A DNA stretch of 64,000 nucleotides, taken from contig CP064973.1 in the NCBI GenBank assembly GCA_016699365.1, forward strand, positions 429,684-493,683, in the 5' to 3' direction. A program made the translations under genes and the position numbers. The DNA is from Candidatus Nomurabacteria bacterium. GTDB taxonomy: Bacteria; Patescibacteriota; Minisyncoccia; Phycocordibacterales; UBA9973. Positions 39,386 to 48,653 of the stretch are shown here, one piece after another. Position 1 is the stretch's first letter. Each line of letters begins with the position of its first letter. Below the pieces are notes generated by a model. That model was not told where the DNA came from. It saw only the letters and a program-made list of their open reading frames with translations, and did no database searches.

Positions 39386-39637
39386 TTATTGGTTATTTTT
39401 CTGCCATCTTGGAGCAAAACGTACTAGCCAGGTATAAAATCGGGCTTTTAGTTTTGGTACACCAACCCCGAGCATTCCTTTGTAGACAAATTCTTTAAAT
39501 CCTTTTAGGTCTCCTTCGTAAGTAAATTTTCCGTTTTTGAAACAGTAGCTACAATACTTGTCACTTTCCCGAACTCCAGGATCTTTCGAAAATGGCATTA
39601 GGCAACTTTCGCACGCATCTTTACAGTTTTTTGTCAT
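39386..39637 (-). CDS. Zinc-ribbon-type small protein, hypothetical
   Basis: Cys pairs: CKDACESC...CSYC. Confidence 0.35.
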   Translation of the reverse strand: MTKNCKDACESCLMPFSKDPGVRESDKYCSYCFKNGKFTYEGDLKGFKEFVYKGMLGVGVPKLKARFYTWLVRFAPRWQKNNQ

Positions 39638-39645
39638 AAATTATT

Positions 39646-40008
39646 TTATCCGTTTAGTTTGTGATAAGAGTTATATGAAAGTGCGAGGATGATGAATGCT
39701 ACTACTGGCAATGCAAGACCTGCGTTGAACCCAGCGACAACCCATAGACTGACAAACGCACAGATGAAATCGATACCAAATCCAGCATATGCCCACTCTT
39801 TAACACGAGCAGGGAACTTGGGCACGATAAGGACTATAGATCCGAGGACTTTGAATACTGTAAGTAGTGTGACGAAATAGAGTGGATATCCGAGACCTAC
39901 AATGCCTTGGATAGACATTTCGCTTTGTGAAGTGAGGGCGGGCATGACTCCTTCGAATATAAAAATAAGACTAGTGGTGACCCAGAAGATAATTTTGTGT
40001 TTTTTCAT
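39646..40008 (-). CDS. DoxX-family membrane protein
   Basis: 120 aa, 4 TM, DoxX-like. Confidence 0.45.
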   Translation of the reverse strand: MKKHKIIFWVTTSLIFIFEGVMPALTSQSEMSIQGIVGLGYPLYFVTLLTVFKVLGSIVLIVPKFPARVKEWAYAGFGIDFICAFVSLWVVAGFNAGLALPVVAFIILALSYNSYHKLNG

Positions 40009-40029
40009 GAATTTATTGTTTATATAATA

Positions 40030-40245
40030 CTAATTTGTAGGTGATCCGTTTTTTAAATATTTACCTGCAATACTGAGTGCAAAAGAGGGCAGTATTATAA
40101 ATACCGTTACTTGTAAAAGTCTTGCCAATACCTCGCTTAGGACTGTTTGCTCTCCGTCCAGACCTCCTGTCACGGCCATAATAATACCGATAATCCCAAA
40201 GGCGATTGACGCTCCGATAAATATTTTTGTTGCTATTTTTTGCAT
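40030..40245 (-). CDS. Small membrane protein, hypothetical
   Basis: 71 aa, 2 TM. Confidence 0.3.
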   Translation of the reverse strand: MQKIATKIFIGASIAFGIIGIIMAVTGGLDGEQTVLSEVLARLLQVTVFIILPSFALSIAGKYLKNGSPTN

Positions 40246-40298
40246 TGGTTTATTATAACAGTAAAAATATTACCACCAAATTTGATAGAATATATTGT

Positions 40299-40532
40299 AT
40301 GAAAAACATGCCACATAAAATGCCTCCGGATTTCAAAAAAGCAATATCTTCTTCAAGGAAGGCGAGAGAGGTGTGGGAAGTTGTAACACTGCTTGCACGG
40401 AACGAATGGATTTGTTGGGTGACATCGGGTAAAAAAGAAGAGACGAGAGGTATTCGCATCGAGAAAGCTATTTCAAAACTTGAAGGCGGAATGCGCCGAC
40501 CATGTTGCTGGGCAGGGTGTCCACATAGATAA
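40299..40532 (+). CDS. YdeI/OmpD-associated (DUF1801-like) family protein
   Basis: C-terminal RPCCWAGCPHR-type motif. Start set at internal MKNMPHK. Confidence 0.35.
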   Translation: MKNMPHKMPPDFKKAISSSRKAREVWEVVTLLARNEWICWVTSGKKEETRGIRIEKAISKLEGGMRRPCCWAGCPHR

Positions 40533-40556
40533 AAATTGATTAATTACTATTGGATA

Positions 40557-41960
40557 CTAAATATTTTCTATAAGCATCAAATTTGTAGAACCAGATTTTC
40601 CTTGTTTTAGACCAGCAGCAATAACATATTTTTCACCCTTTTTTAGATTGCATTTTTCTTTTGCAATTTCTATTGCTATTTTTCTAGCTTCATCAAAAGT
40701 TTTTGCACCAGTGTGATATATCGGCAGTACCCCAAAAGAAATCATGAGGGATCGTAAGGTTTTTTGTGAAGAAGATATTGCATAGATAGGGAGACTAGAT
40801 TTATATCTAGAAAGCATTCTAGCAGTAAATCCAGATTCGGTAAGAGCGATGATCGCACTTGCGCCTACTTGATTTGCATTATGAACAACAGAAGAAGATA
40901 CAGAATCAGCGATATTATCTTTCATAACTTCAATCTTTTTGTAATTAGGTAGATTTTCTTCTACAACACAAGCTACTCTCTGCATAAGAGAGACAACTTT
41001 TTTAGGATATTTACCAATTGCTGTTTCTTCGGATAGCATGATTGCATCTGCACCGTCATATATTGCGTTTGCTATATCAGAGATTTCAGCTCTAGTTGGT
41101 GTCTCATTTTCAACCATAGACAAAAGCATTTGTGTTGCAACAATAACAGGCACTCCTGCGGTGTTACACTTTTCTATAATCATCTTTTGGATTGTAGGAA
41201 TCTTTTCTATTCCAACCTCGATGGCTAGGTCTCCGCGGGCAACCATGATTGCATCTGTTTCTTTTATTATTTCATCTATACAGGAAACTGCTTCAGGGGT
41301 TTCTATTTTTGCTACGATTTTAGCACTGCTTTTGTTTTTTTGTAGAAGTCTTTTTAGATCTTGTATATCTTTTACAGATCTAACAAAAGAAAGCGCAACA
41401 AAATCAACATCTTGTTTTATACCAAACAAAAGATCCTTTTTATCTTTTTCTGTAATTGCAGAAATTTTTAGATTTGCACCTGGTATATTTACACCGCGTC
41501 TACCGCGTATCATCCCACCCATTTCTACTTTTGTATTCACATAGTCCTCGCCTATAGAAGTAACACACAGAGATCTTTTTCCATCATCTAGTAGTATGAT
41601 TGCTCCCGGTTTCAATTCTTTTCTGAGGCCTGAATAATTTATATAGAGATTGTTTTCATCTCCAATAATTGGTTTGAAAACAATTTTTACAGAATCTCCC
41701 TTTTTCAATGTTATTTGACCGTTTTTTACTTCTCCTGTTCTAATCTTTGGACCAGATAGGTCTAGAAGTGTAGCAATTAGAGACTTAGATATTTTCTCTG
41801 CCTCTCTAATAGCGGTAATCCTTTTTGCGTGTTCTTCATGGTTTCCGTGACTCATGTTTAGCCTGGCAACAGAAAGCCCATTTTTCATAAGGTCTGCCAG
41901 TATTTTTGGGTCTTCAGTTGAAGGGCCTAGAGTTGCAACAATTTTTGTTTTGTTTTTCAT
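40557..41960 (-). CDS. pyk: Pyruvate kinase
   Basis: KIVATLGPSTEDPKILADLMKNGLSVARLNMSHG, plus barrel and C-terminal domains. Confidence 0.85.
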   Translation of the reverse strand: MKNKTKIVATLGPSTEDPKILADLMKNGLSVARLNMSHGNHEEHAKRITAIREAEKISKSLIATLLDLSGPKIRTGEVKNGQITLKKGDSVKIVFKPIIGDENNLYINYSGLRKELKPGAIILLDDGKRSLCVTSIGEDYVNTKVEMGGMIRGRRGVNIPGANLKISAITEKDKKDLLFGIKQDVDFVALSFVRSVKDIQDLKRLLQKNKSSAKIVAKIETPEAVSCIDEIIKETDAIMVARGDLAIEVGIEKIPTIQKMIIEKCNTAGVPVIVATQMLLSMVENETPTRAEISDIANAIYDGADAIMLSEETAIGKYPKKVVSLMQRVACVVEENLPNYKKIEVMKDNIADSVSSSVVHNANQVGASAIIALTESGFTARMLSRYKSSLPIYAISSSQKTLRSLMISFGVLPIYHTGAKTFDEARKIAIEIAKEKCNLKKGEKYVIAAGLKQGKSGSTNLMLIENI

Positions 41961-41977
41961 AATAAAAATTTTCAGAC

Positions 41978-42400
41978 TTATGCAGTAAATTCAATTAACC
42001 ACTCAATACCGTATTTATCTCGAAACATTCCAGCATATGACCCCCAAGGGCTGTCTCCCATAGGCCCTTCGATTTCTCCTCCGATAGATAAGCTATTGAA
42101 CAATTTCTCAGCCTCTTCTTTACTTTCTGTATTTATTAAAATTTTACTTCTATTTTCATGTTCATTTACAGGTCCCATAAACCCTGGAACATCGTTTGCT
42201 ATCAATACGCTGCCATTACCGATAGGTAGGGAGATATACATAATTTTTTCTGTCTCATTTTCTGGGACAGGGAATTCAGCACTTGCCAGATCTTTGAAAC
42301 GAACGATTTTTTTAAACTCACCACCAAATACCGATTTGTAAAAGGTTAAAGCTTCGAAAGCGTTCCCGTTGAAATTTATCCAAGGATTTATTGTTGTCAT
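41978..42400 (-). CDS. VOC-family (glyoxalase/PhnB-like) protein
   Basis: MTTINPWINFNGNAFEALTFYKSVFGG matches the PhnB-like N-terminus. Confidence 0.55.
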   Translation of the reverse strand: MTTINPWINFNGNAFEALTFYKSVFGGEFKKIVRFKDLASAEFPVPENETEKIMYISLPIGNGSVLIANDVPGFMGPVNEHENRSKILINTESKEEAEKLFNSLSIGGEIEGPMGDSPWGSYAGMFRDKYGIEWLIEFTA

Positions 42401-42440
42401 ATGGCAATCATACCAGATATGACAACCAAGACAAAAATGC

Positions 42441-42463
42441 TTTTTTATGTTGCTCGGGAGGTA
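42441..42463. repeat. Partial duplicate of the tRNA-Asn 3' flank and acceptor (23 nt, 1 mismatch), in direct orientation ~170 nt from the gene
   Basis: TTTTTATGTTGCTCGGGAGGTAG versus TTTTTATATTGCTCGGGAGGTAG at 42611-42633. An inverted copy of the T-arm (TTCGATCCCTAC, 42539-42550) and of the acceptor end (CTCCCGAGCAATATAAAAA, 42575-42593) lies between them. Confidence 0.5.
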
Positions 42464-42621
42464 GAGTGATCTCGACTACTGTCGCGGGTAACTTTCCGAA
42501 ACTCTCAGAATATATTCTTCGTGTTTCAGGAAAGTTCTTTCGATCCCTACACGGAAAGTTTCCCAAACTTTCCTCTCCCGAGCAATATAAAAAACGCCAA
42601 CAAGTGGCGCTTTTTATATTG

Positions 42622-42693
42622 CTCGGGAGGTAGGGATCGAACCTACGACCAATCGCTTAACAGGCGACCGCTCTACCGCTGAGCTACTCCCGA
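42622..42693 (-). tRNA. tRNA-Asn (GTT)
   Basis: Folded by eye. Acceptor TCGGGAG/CTCCCGA, D-arm GCTCAGCGGTAGAGC, anticodon loop CTGTTAA, T-arm GTAGGTTCGATCCCTAC, discriminator G. CCA not encoded. Confidence 0.8.
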
Positions 42694-42773
42694 ATATTCA
42701 TATAGAACAGACAAAATATACCAAAAATACAGAAAAAAGCAAAAGGCGCTCCAGATTGGCGCCTTTGTGTTAT

Positions 42774-43223
42774 TTATTGGCTGGGGTAATAGTAGCTTAT
42801 CCAGCTATTACCATTCCACCATGTGTAACCTATAACTACTTGCCCGTAGACCCATTCAGTGCCGTTCCAGGTGTATTTCCAGCCCAAAAGGGGTGTGGTA
42901 GTAGTCTCGTAAGTCATATTGTTTTTTTGCCAGACAACCTTTTGTTCCAAAATATTGTCATATATAGCATAACTAATCAGGCTTACAACAGTTTGCCCCA
43001 GCAGTGTTCCTAGGCTTGGGTAGTAATAATTGTAATTTTGATTTTCGTATCTGTAATTTCTGTGATAGTAGTATCGATAACCTCTGTAGTATCCATAAGT
43101 TGTTCCGTATCCATTGTTGAATATATAGTAACTTGTGTTTATGGACGTTGGAGGTATAGATACCTGTCCTTTTGTGATATTAGACAATAAGCATAAAATC
43201 AATATGTAAATGAACTTTTTCAT
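42774..43223 (-). CDS. Secreted Tyr/Asn/Arg-rich low-complexity protein
   Basis: Signal peptide. YYRGYRYYYHRNYRYENQNYNYYYP-type repeats and a Trp-rich C-terminus. Confidence 0.45.
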   Translation of the reverse strand: MKKFIYILILCLLSNITKGQVSIPPTSINTSYYIFNNGYGTTYGYYRGYRYYYHRNYRYENQNYNYYYPSLGTLLGQTVVSLISYAIYDNILEQKVVWQKNNMTYETTTTPLLGWKYTWNGTEWVYGQVVIGYTWWNGNSWISYYYPSQ

Positions 43224-43336
43224 ATTTACCCGTTTTATTAATTAAACCACTGTTTAATATCTTAAACAATAGCGCTTGGTAGTTCGTTGGCGTGATATAA
43301 TACATATGTGAGATTATTAGTTTAACCAATAAAAAA

Positions 43337-43723
43337 ATGCTCAACATAAATATAAAAACAACAAATATGGAGCTTACTTCTGCAATCCGTGAGTATACAG
43401 AAAAGAAAATTGAAACCTTAGAGAAAGTTATGAAATCTTCACCTGAGGTGATAAATATTGAAATTGGTAAAACCACAAATCATCACAAACAGGGCGATGT
43501 TTATAAAGCAGAATTGAATATGGCTATTGGTGGATATAAATTTCATACTGAAAGCGAAGAAGAAGATTTATATGCTGCAATAGATGCAGTTCGTGAAGAT
43601 ATGTTCCGTCAGCTTACTGAGAACAAAGATAGAAATGAAACACTTTTCCGACGCGGTGCTCGTAGTGTAAAGAAAATGCTCAAAGGTCTATCAGACAGAA
43701 ATCCGTTTACATCAAAATATTAA
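43337..43723 (+). CDS. hpf: Ribosome hibernation promoting factor (HPF/RaiA)
   Basis: N-terminus NIKTTNMELTSAIREYTEKKIETLEK matches the YfiA/HPF fold family. Promoter TTGGTA-16-TATAAT upstream (43289-43316). Confidence 0.75.
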   Translation: MLNINIKTTNMELTSAIREYTEKKIETLEKVMKSSPEVINIEIGKTTNHHKQGDVYKAELNMAIGGYKFHTESEEEDLYAAIDAVREDMFRQLTENKDRNETLFRRGARSVKKMLKGLSDRNPFTSKY

Positions 43724-43727
43724 AATA

Positions 43728-43760
43728 TAAAACTCCCCAGGTAGGGGAGTTTTATATTTT
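43728..43760. terminator. Terminator hairpin flanked by A and T runs (usable in both directions)
   Basis: AAAACTCCCCAGGTAGGGGAGTTTTATATTTT. Confidence 0.55.
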
Positions 43761-44573
43761 ATAATCAGTTTCTTTTTTACCTTCAGGTATTACTCGTTCG
43801 ATTATGAATTCTCCATTTTCGAATCTCGCTTTTGTGATCTTGATGCGTCTATTATTCTCATCAAAGAAATAAATTCCTGGCCAAGTGAAATACGCTTTGT
43901 ATTTTGCGTATTTTATTTTCGGTTCATCAGAGAGTTTTATTTCACCGTCATCTTTGGATATTTTTTTACAGTATGTAGCATTTTCGTGATTTTGTTCGAT
44001 TGGGATTATTTTTCCATCGAGCCATTCTGGGATGGTGTCAGCAAGTAGTTCTGCTCCGATATGTGTGAGTCGCTCTCGCAGATGTGGTGTAGTCTCATCA
44101 GAGTCAATTTCAGCACGAGACATAGCAAGTATCGGGCCAGTGTCCATTTTTCGCGCCATTTTTTGTATGGTGACACCAGTCTCAGTGTCTTGGTTTAATA
44201 TTGCGGATTCAACAGGTGAGGCACCTCTATATTTTGGAAGTAATGAATAGTGAATATTTAAGGCTCCCAGAGGAAATAAATTGATCAACTCTTCTGAAAA
44301 AATCTTTCCATAAGCGACAACAATTCCTAGATCTAATTCATGAGATTTTATTTCAGACATAAATTTCTCGTCAATTTTCTCTGGAGTTAATAATGGAATA
44401 TTATTTTTCTCTGCCCAAACTTTTACAGGAGTAGGAGTGATTTCAAAATGTCTTCCAATTGGCTTGTCTGGAGAAGTTACTACAAGAGCAGGTAAAAATC
44501 CACGGCTTTTCAATATCTCAAGCGTCACGCTCGCAAGTTCTGGTGTTCCAAAGAATACAAATTTTTTATCCAT
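43752..44573 (-). CDS. fmt: Methionyl-tRNA formyltransferase
   Basis: Formyl-transferase N-domain with NIHYSLLPKYRGASPVESAIL. Confidence 0.85.
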   Translation of the reverse strand: MDKKFVFFGTPELASVTLEILKSRGFLPALVVTSPDKPIGRHFEITPTPVKVWAEKNNIPLLTPEKIDEKFMSEIKSHELDLGIVVAYGKIFSEELINLFPLGALNIHYSLLPKYRGASPVESAILNQDTETGVTIQKMARKMDTGPILAMSRAEIDSDETTPHLRERLTHIGAELLADTIPEWLDGKIIPIEQNHENATYCKKISKDDGEIKLSDEPKIKYAKYKAYFTWPGIYFFDENNRRIKITKARFENGEFIIERVIPEGKKETDYKI

Positions 44574-45105
44574 TGGTTTTTTCAGGAATTATTTCTTCTA
44601 TATCTGTTGCATGGTCTATGAACAATATTCCATCTAAATGATCGATTTCATGTTGGAATATTTGCGCTAGTAGACCACCACCTCCTCGAGTGAATTTCTC
44701 GCCATTTTCGTCATAGGCTTCTACAGTGGCGTTTTTGTAACGTTTTGTTTTTCCATACAACCATCGGACTGAGAGGCATCCTTCTGGAACTTTCTTTTTT
44801 TCTTTGGAGCTTTTTATTATTTTTGGATTTATAAAGACAAGGTCTTTTGGCCAACCACCCGCTGGTTCTTCAGGGTTTTCACTTTTTGCAAAATCTGGAT
44901 GGAATATTTTTCCTGAAATAATAAATATGCGCAACGGAATTCCAATTTGTGGACAAGCTAAAGCCACACCATCACTTTCTCTATGAAGTGCAGTTTGCAT
45001 GTCTTTGATAATCTTTTTTATTTTAGGAGTTTTAATCTCTTTCTGCTCGACTTCTAGTGCGGTATCGCGTAGTACAGGATCATCTTTTTGCACAATTTTT
45101 ACCAT
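44566..45105 (-). CDS. def: Peptide deformylase
   Basis: Motifs EGCLSVR and QHEIDHLDG. Overlaps fmt by 8 nt, the classic def-fmt operon arrangement. Confidence 0.85.
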   Translation of the reverse strand: MVKIVQKDDPVLRDTALEVEQKEIKTPKIKKIIKDMQTALHRESDGVALACPQIGIPLRIFIISGKIFHPDFAKSENPEEPAGGWPKDLVFINPKIIKSSKEKKKVPEGCLSVRWLYGKTKRYKNATVEAYDENGEKFTRGGGGLLAQIFQHEIDHLDGILFIDHATDIEEIIPEKTNG

Positions 45106-45109
45106 AGAT

Positions 45110-46420
45110 TTATTTTAGTTCTTTTATGTATTCGAGAAGGTTTTTTATTTTGACTGTTTCTTGAGATCTAGTAGCCATATCGCGTACGAGTACTGCGTCC
45201 TCTAGAGCTTCTTTTTGTCCAAATAGTATTGCGTAGGGGATTGCAAGTTTTTCAGCGATAGCAAGTTGTTGAGAGAGGGTGTCTTTTGATAGAGATTGAG
45301 CGATAGGGATATGTGCTTTGCGTAAAATTTCAATTACATTTAAACTTTTTAGTTTTGCATCAGCTCCGAGTTGAATGAAATATATTTTAGGTTTCTTCAT
45401 GATACGAGGAGTAAGCTTTTTGTACCAAGGTGCGACGATTATTCGATCTACTCCGATTGATATTCCTACAGCAGGGACGTCTTTCTTGCCACCTAGGTGC
45501 TTTGCTAGATAGTCATATCTTCCTCCTCCTGCGATCGTTAGTCCACTTCCATCTTCTGATATACCTGTATCTATTATCTCAAATACAGTGCGTGTGTAAT
45601 ATGAAAGCCCGCGAACAAGACATTTGTTTATGTTATATGGGATTCCCATTTCTTCTAGATACTCCAAGACTTCTTTGAAGTGTTTTTTACAGTCATGACA
45701 TAGATATGCGATAGAGTCTGGAGCTCCTTCATTGAGTTCTTTTGTCTTTGGATCTTTTGAATCAAGTATTCGAAGAGGGTTGGTCTTTAGTCGTTCGCGG
45801 TCTATAGCAGGCAAGACATTGATATGCTTTTTGTAGTAGTTTGTAAGCTCTCGAATATATGCACCTCGGCATTCTTTGTCGCCAATTGAGTTTATATCTA
45901 CAGACAAGTTACTAGCTCCTGCTTCTTCGAGGATTGTTATACCTGTTCGGATAGCGAGTGCGTCCATTATACTTTTTTCACTTCCTAGTATGTCTGCATC
46001 AAATTGCCAGAATTGTCGGTAACGTCCTTTTTGAGGATTGTCATGACGAAATACTGGTCCATACTGATAATGCATAACCGGCTGGGGCATATTTTGCATT
46101 CCATGTTCTATATATGCACGCATAAGAGAAGCTGTGTGTTCTGGGCGCATAGCAAGCTTGTCACCGCCTTTAGTTTTAAGAGTGTACATTTCTTTGTCTA
46201 CAATATCTGTACCTTCTCCAATTGAAGATGTGAATACTTCTTCTTGTTCTAATATTGGTGTTTCAATTGGTTTGAAACCATAGTACATAGAAACTTCTTG
46301 AGCTTTTTCGAAGAATCCTTGGAATAAATAGTATTCATCTCCAGCAATATCACGCATACCTTTTGGGCTTGCGAGAGGTTCTTTCTTCACTTTTTTTGTT
46401 TGTTCTTTTGACATAGGCAT
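45110..46420 (-). CDS. hisS: Histidyl-tRNA synthetase
   Basis: Class II aaRS motifs (MRPEHTASLMRAY, GGGRYDYL) and a C-terminal anticodon-binding domain. Confidence 0.85.
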   Translation of the reverse strand: MPMSKEQTKKVKKEPLASPKGMRDIAGDEYYLFQGFFEKAQEVSMYYGFKPIETPILEQEEVFTSSIGEGTDIVDKEMYTLKTKGGDKLAMRPEHTASLMRAYIEHGMQNMPQPVMHYQYGPVFRHDNPQKGRYRQFWQFDADILGSEKSIMDALAIRTGITILEEAGASNLSVDINSIGDKECRGAYIRELTNYYKKHINVLPAIDRERLKTNPLRILDSKDPKTKELNEGAPDSIAYLCHDCKKHFKEVLEYLEEMGIPYNINKCLVRGLSYYTRTVFEIIDTGISEDGSGLTIAGGGRYDYLAKHLGGKKDVPAVGISIGVDRIIVAPWYKKLTPRIMKKPKIYFIQLGADAKLKSLNVIEILRKAHIPIAQSLSKDTLSQQLAIAEKLAIPYAILFGQKEALEDAVLVRDMATRSQETVKIKNLLEYIKELK

Positions 46421-47019
46421 TAGTTTACTTGTTCATAATTATGATAAATTCCTGGTGTTACTGAAATTGTAGAAAAAGGGAATAGACGTAAAAATGTCTT
46501 TCCTACGATATGATCTTCGGGCAATGTTCCCCAAGTTCGTGAGTCAGAACTAGCTGGACGATTGTCTCCCATAACAAAGTATTCTCCTGCTTCCAATGTG
46601 TAACTAAGTTCTACTTGTTTTGGAACATTTCCTTTTATATAAGGTTCATTTAGATTGAATCCTTCTGGGTTGGATTCATTTGTTATAGTAACTTTTCCAT
46701 TTTCAGCTACATGAACACTCTCACCCGGTAAACCTATAATTCTTTTTATAAAATATTTTGTTTCATCTTTTGGATATTTAAACACAATCACATCACCGCG
46801 CTTTGGTTCACTGACTCGATATGATATCTCATCTACTATCAAATATTCTCCATCTTGGAATGTTGGTACCATAGAACTTCCAGAAACTATAAAAGGCTGT
46901 GCAACAAATGTGCGCACAGGTATTACTATAAGTAGAGCAATTATTGCAAAGCGTACTACATCCCAAATACTCTCTTTTTTATTTGGTGTAGCGACTTCTG
47001 TAGATTGGTTTTCTTCCAT
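46420..47019 (-). CDS. lepB: Signal peptidase I
   Basis: S26 boxes: SGSSMVPTF, GDVIVFKYP, GDNRPASSDSR. Confidence 0.8.
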   Translation of the reverse strand: MEENQSTEVATPNKKESIWDVVRFAIIALLIVIPVRTFVAQPFIVSGSSMVPTFQDGEYLIVDEISYRVSEPKRGDVIVFKYPKDETKYFIKRIIGLPGESVHVAENGKVTITNESNPEGFNLNEPYIKGNVPKQVELSYTLEAGEYFVMGDNRPASSDSRTWGTLPEDHIVGKTFLRLFPFSTISVTPGIYHNYEQVN

Positions 47020-47267
47020 AAAGTGTGCTCATTGTACTATGGATTTGAGCTTGACACAAATGCTCACTTTGTTGTGTTTTGAAAGGCACGGATATTTTCT
47101 TGCTAGAAAATTCCTCGAGCTCGCGCCGCCGCGCTCACTAGTCCTTTCAAAACACAACAGGCGCTCGCTGAGAAAAAACAAAAATATGCACAAGGTATTT
47201 AATTAGGTAATTTCCAATCACTTCTATATAAATTCGGATTCTATATGTTTTTTGTTATACTCCATAC

Positions 47268-47855
47268 ATGAAAATTATTGTAGGACTAGGGAATCCTGGG
47301 GTGGAATACGAAGGCAGTAGACACAATACTGGCCGGTCTATTTTGATGGTACTCGCAAAGAAGTGGGAATTTTCGCCATGGAAGACTGATGTGAAATTGA
47401 AAGCTCTGACTTCAATAGGTTCGATTGAAAAGAAAAAAGTTATGTTTGTGTTGCCGGAGACTTTCATGAATCTTTCAGGTAAAAGCGTTGCTCCACTTAT
47501 TGGATCGAAGAAAGCTCTCGATGACTTACTTGTCATATATGATGATTTGGATTTACCTCTTGGACGTATCAAACTTTCACACAACCGTAGCGCTGGTGGG
47601 CATAACGGAGTCGCTTCAATTATTAAGTCTGTAAAATCAGAAGCTTTCACACGTATACGTGTCGGAGTGTCACCAGAAACTCCAGGAGGTAAGCTGAAGA
47701 AGCCTACGGGTGAAAGTGTAGTGGTAGATTTCCTGATGAAGAAATTCCGCGAACCAGAAATGGTAGAGTTCAAAAAGATTATTAAAAAAAGTGGAGAAGC
47801 TATTGAGACTTTTGTGACGGAAGGTCGTGAAATGGCTATGACCAAACATAACTAA
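47268..47855 (+). CDS. pth: Peptidyl-tRNA hydrolase
   Basis: KIIVGLGNPGVEYEGSRHNTG and the HNGV motif. Confidence 0.85.
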   Translation: MKIIVGLGNPGVEYEGSRHNTGRSILMVLAKKWEFSPWKTDVKLKALTSIGSIEKKKVMFVLPETFMNLSGKSVAPLIGSKKALDDLLVIYDDLDLPLGRIKLSHNRSAGGHNGVASIIKSVKSEAFTRIRVGVSPETPGGKLKKPTGESVVVDFLMKKFREPEMVEFKKIIKKSGEAIETFVTEGREMAMTKHN

Positions 47856-47867
47856 AGAATAAATAAT

Positions 47868-48605
47868 ATGGAAGACAAAGAATATATTTTCGGGAAGCAT
47901 CCAGTAGAAGAATTTCTCGCACGCACACCAAAGCGTATACAAAAGATTTTTATGAAAGAGGGAATCGAACCAAGGTTCGGGTCTTCAATCAAAGCTTTAG
48001 CAAAGAAATATAAAATATCAGTCGTTGAAGTTGATTTAAAGAAGCTTGCGTTATTGTCCGAAGGTGAACAGCATCAGGGTGTGGTTGCTCTAGTTTCTCC
48101 GACACCAATGTTTGATCTAAAAGAATGGATCGCAAAAATAAAGATTGAAAACAATCCATGTGTGGTTTTGATGGATGAGTTGGAAGACCCGCACAATGTC
48201 GGAGCGATAATTCGTTCTGCTGCAGGTTTTGGCGCGAGTGCTATTTTATTAGCAAAGCATCGTCAAAGTCCGATTACTGGTGTAGTAACAAAAGCTAGTG
48301 CTGGTACCATAGATAGAGTTCCATTGGTGCGTATTGGAAATATAAATGACGCAATTGTTAAATTAAAGGAAAAAGGCTTTTGGATTTTAGGACTTGATGG
48401 AGATGGGGATCAATCGCTTTTTGAGATAGATATGAAAATGCCGGTTTGTATAGTTGTAGGAGGAGAAGGAAAGGGAATCAGAGAGAAAACTTTGGACAAT
48501 TGCGATATAAAAGTTCGTATTCCGATGGAGAATAAAGTTGAATCTTTCAATGCATCAGTTTCTGCAGCGCTTGTGTTGTATGAATGGAGGAAGCAAAACA
48601 AATAG
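47868..48605 (+). CDS. rlmB: 23S rRNA 2'-O-ribose methyltransferase, SpoU/TrmH family (RlmB-like)
   Basis: SPOUT motifs: LMDELEDPHNVGAIIRSAAGFG, IVVGGEGKGI, SLNASVSAA. Confidence 0.75.
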   Translation: MEDKEYIFGKHPVEEFLARTPKRIQKIFMKEGIEPRFGSSIKALAKKYKISVVEVDLKKLALLSEGEQHQGVVALVSPTPMFDLKEWIAKIKIENNPCVVLMDELEDPHNVGAIIRSAAGFGASAILLAKHRQSPITGVVTKASAGTIDRVPLVRIGNINDAIVKLKEKGFWILGLDGDGDQSLFEIDMKMPVCIVVGGEGKGIREKTLDNCDIKVRIPMENKVESFNASVSAALVLYEWRKQNK

Positions 48606-48653
48606 AAATCTTAGAAAAAATCCCCTCTGGGGATTTTTTCTTTATTTATTTAA

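Noticed and set aside
42448-42592. An intron-containing tRNA on the plus strand, assembled from the inverted tRNA-Asn-like fragments
   Set aside because: No acceptable D-arm or anticodon arm can be drawn. The fragments are better explained as duplication or integration scars.
47100-47135. Cloning-vector polylinker contamination (XhoI, SacI and SpeI sites in a GC-rich palindrome)
   Set aside because: No EcoRI/BamHI/NotI context or vector backbone is seen, and the segment is embedded in a native-looking long hairpin. It is kept as a low-interest finding rather than called contamination.
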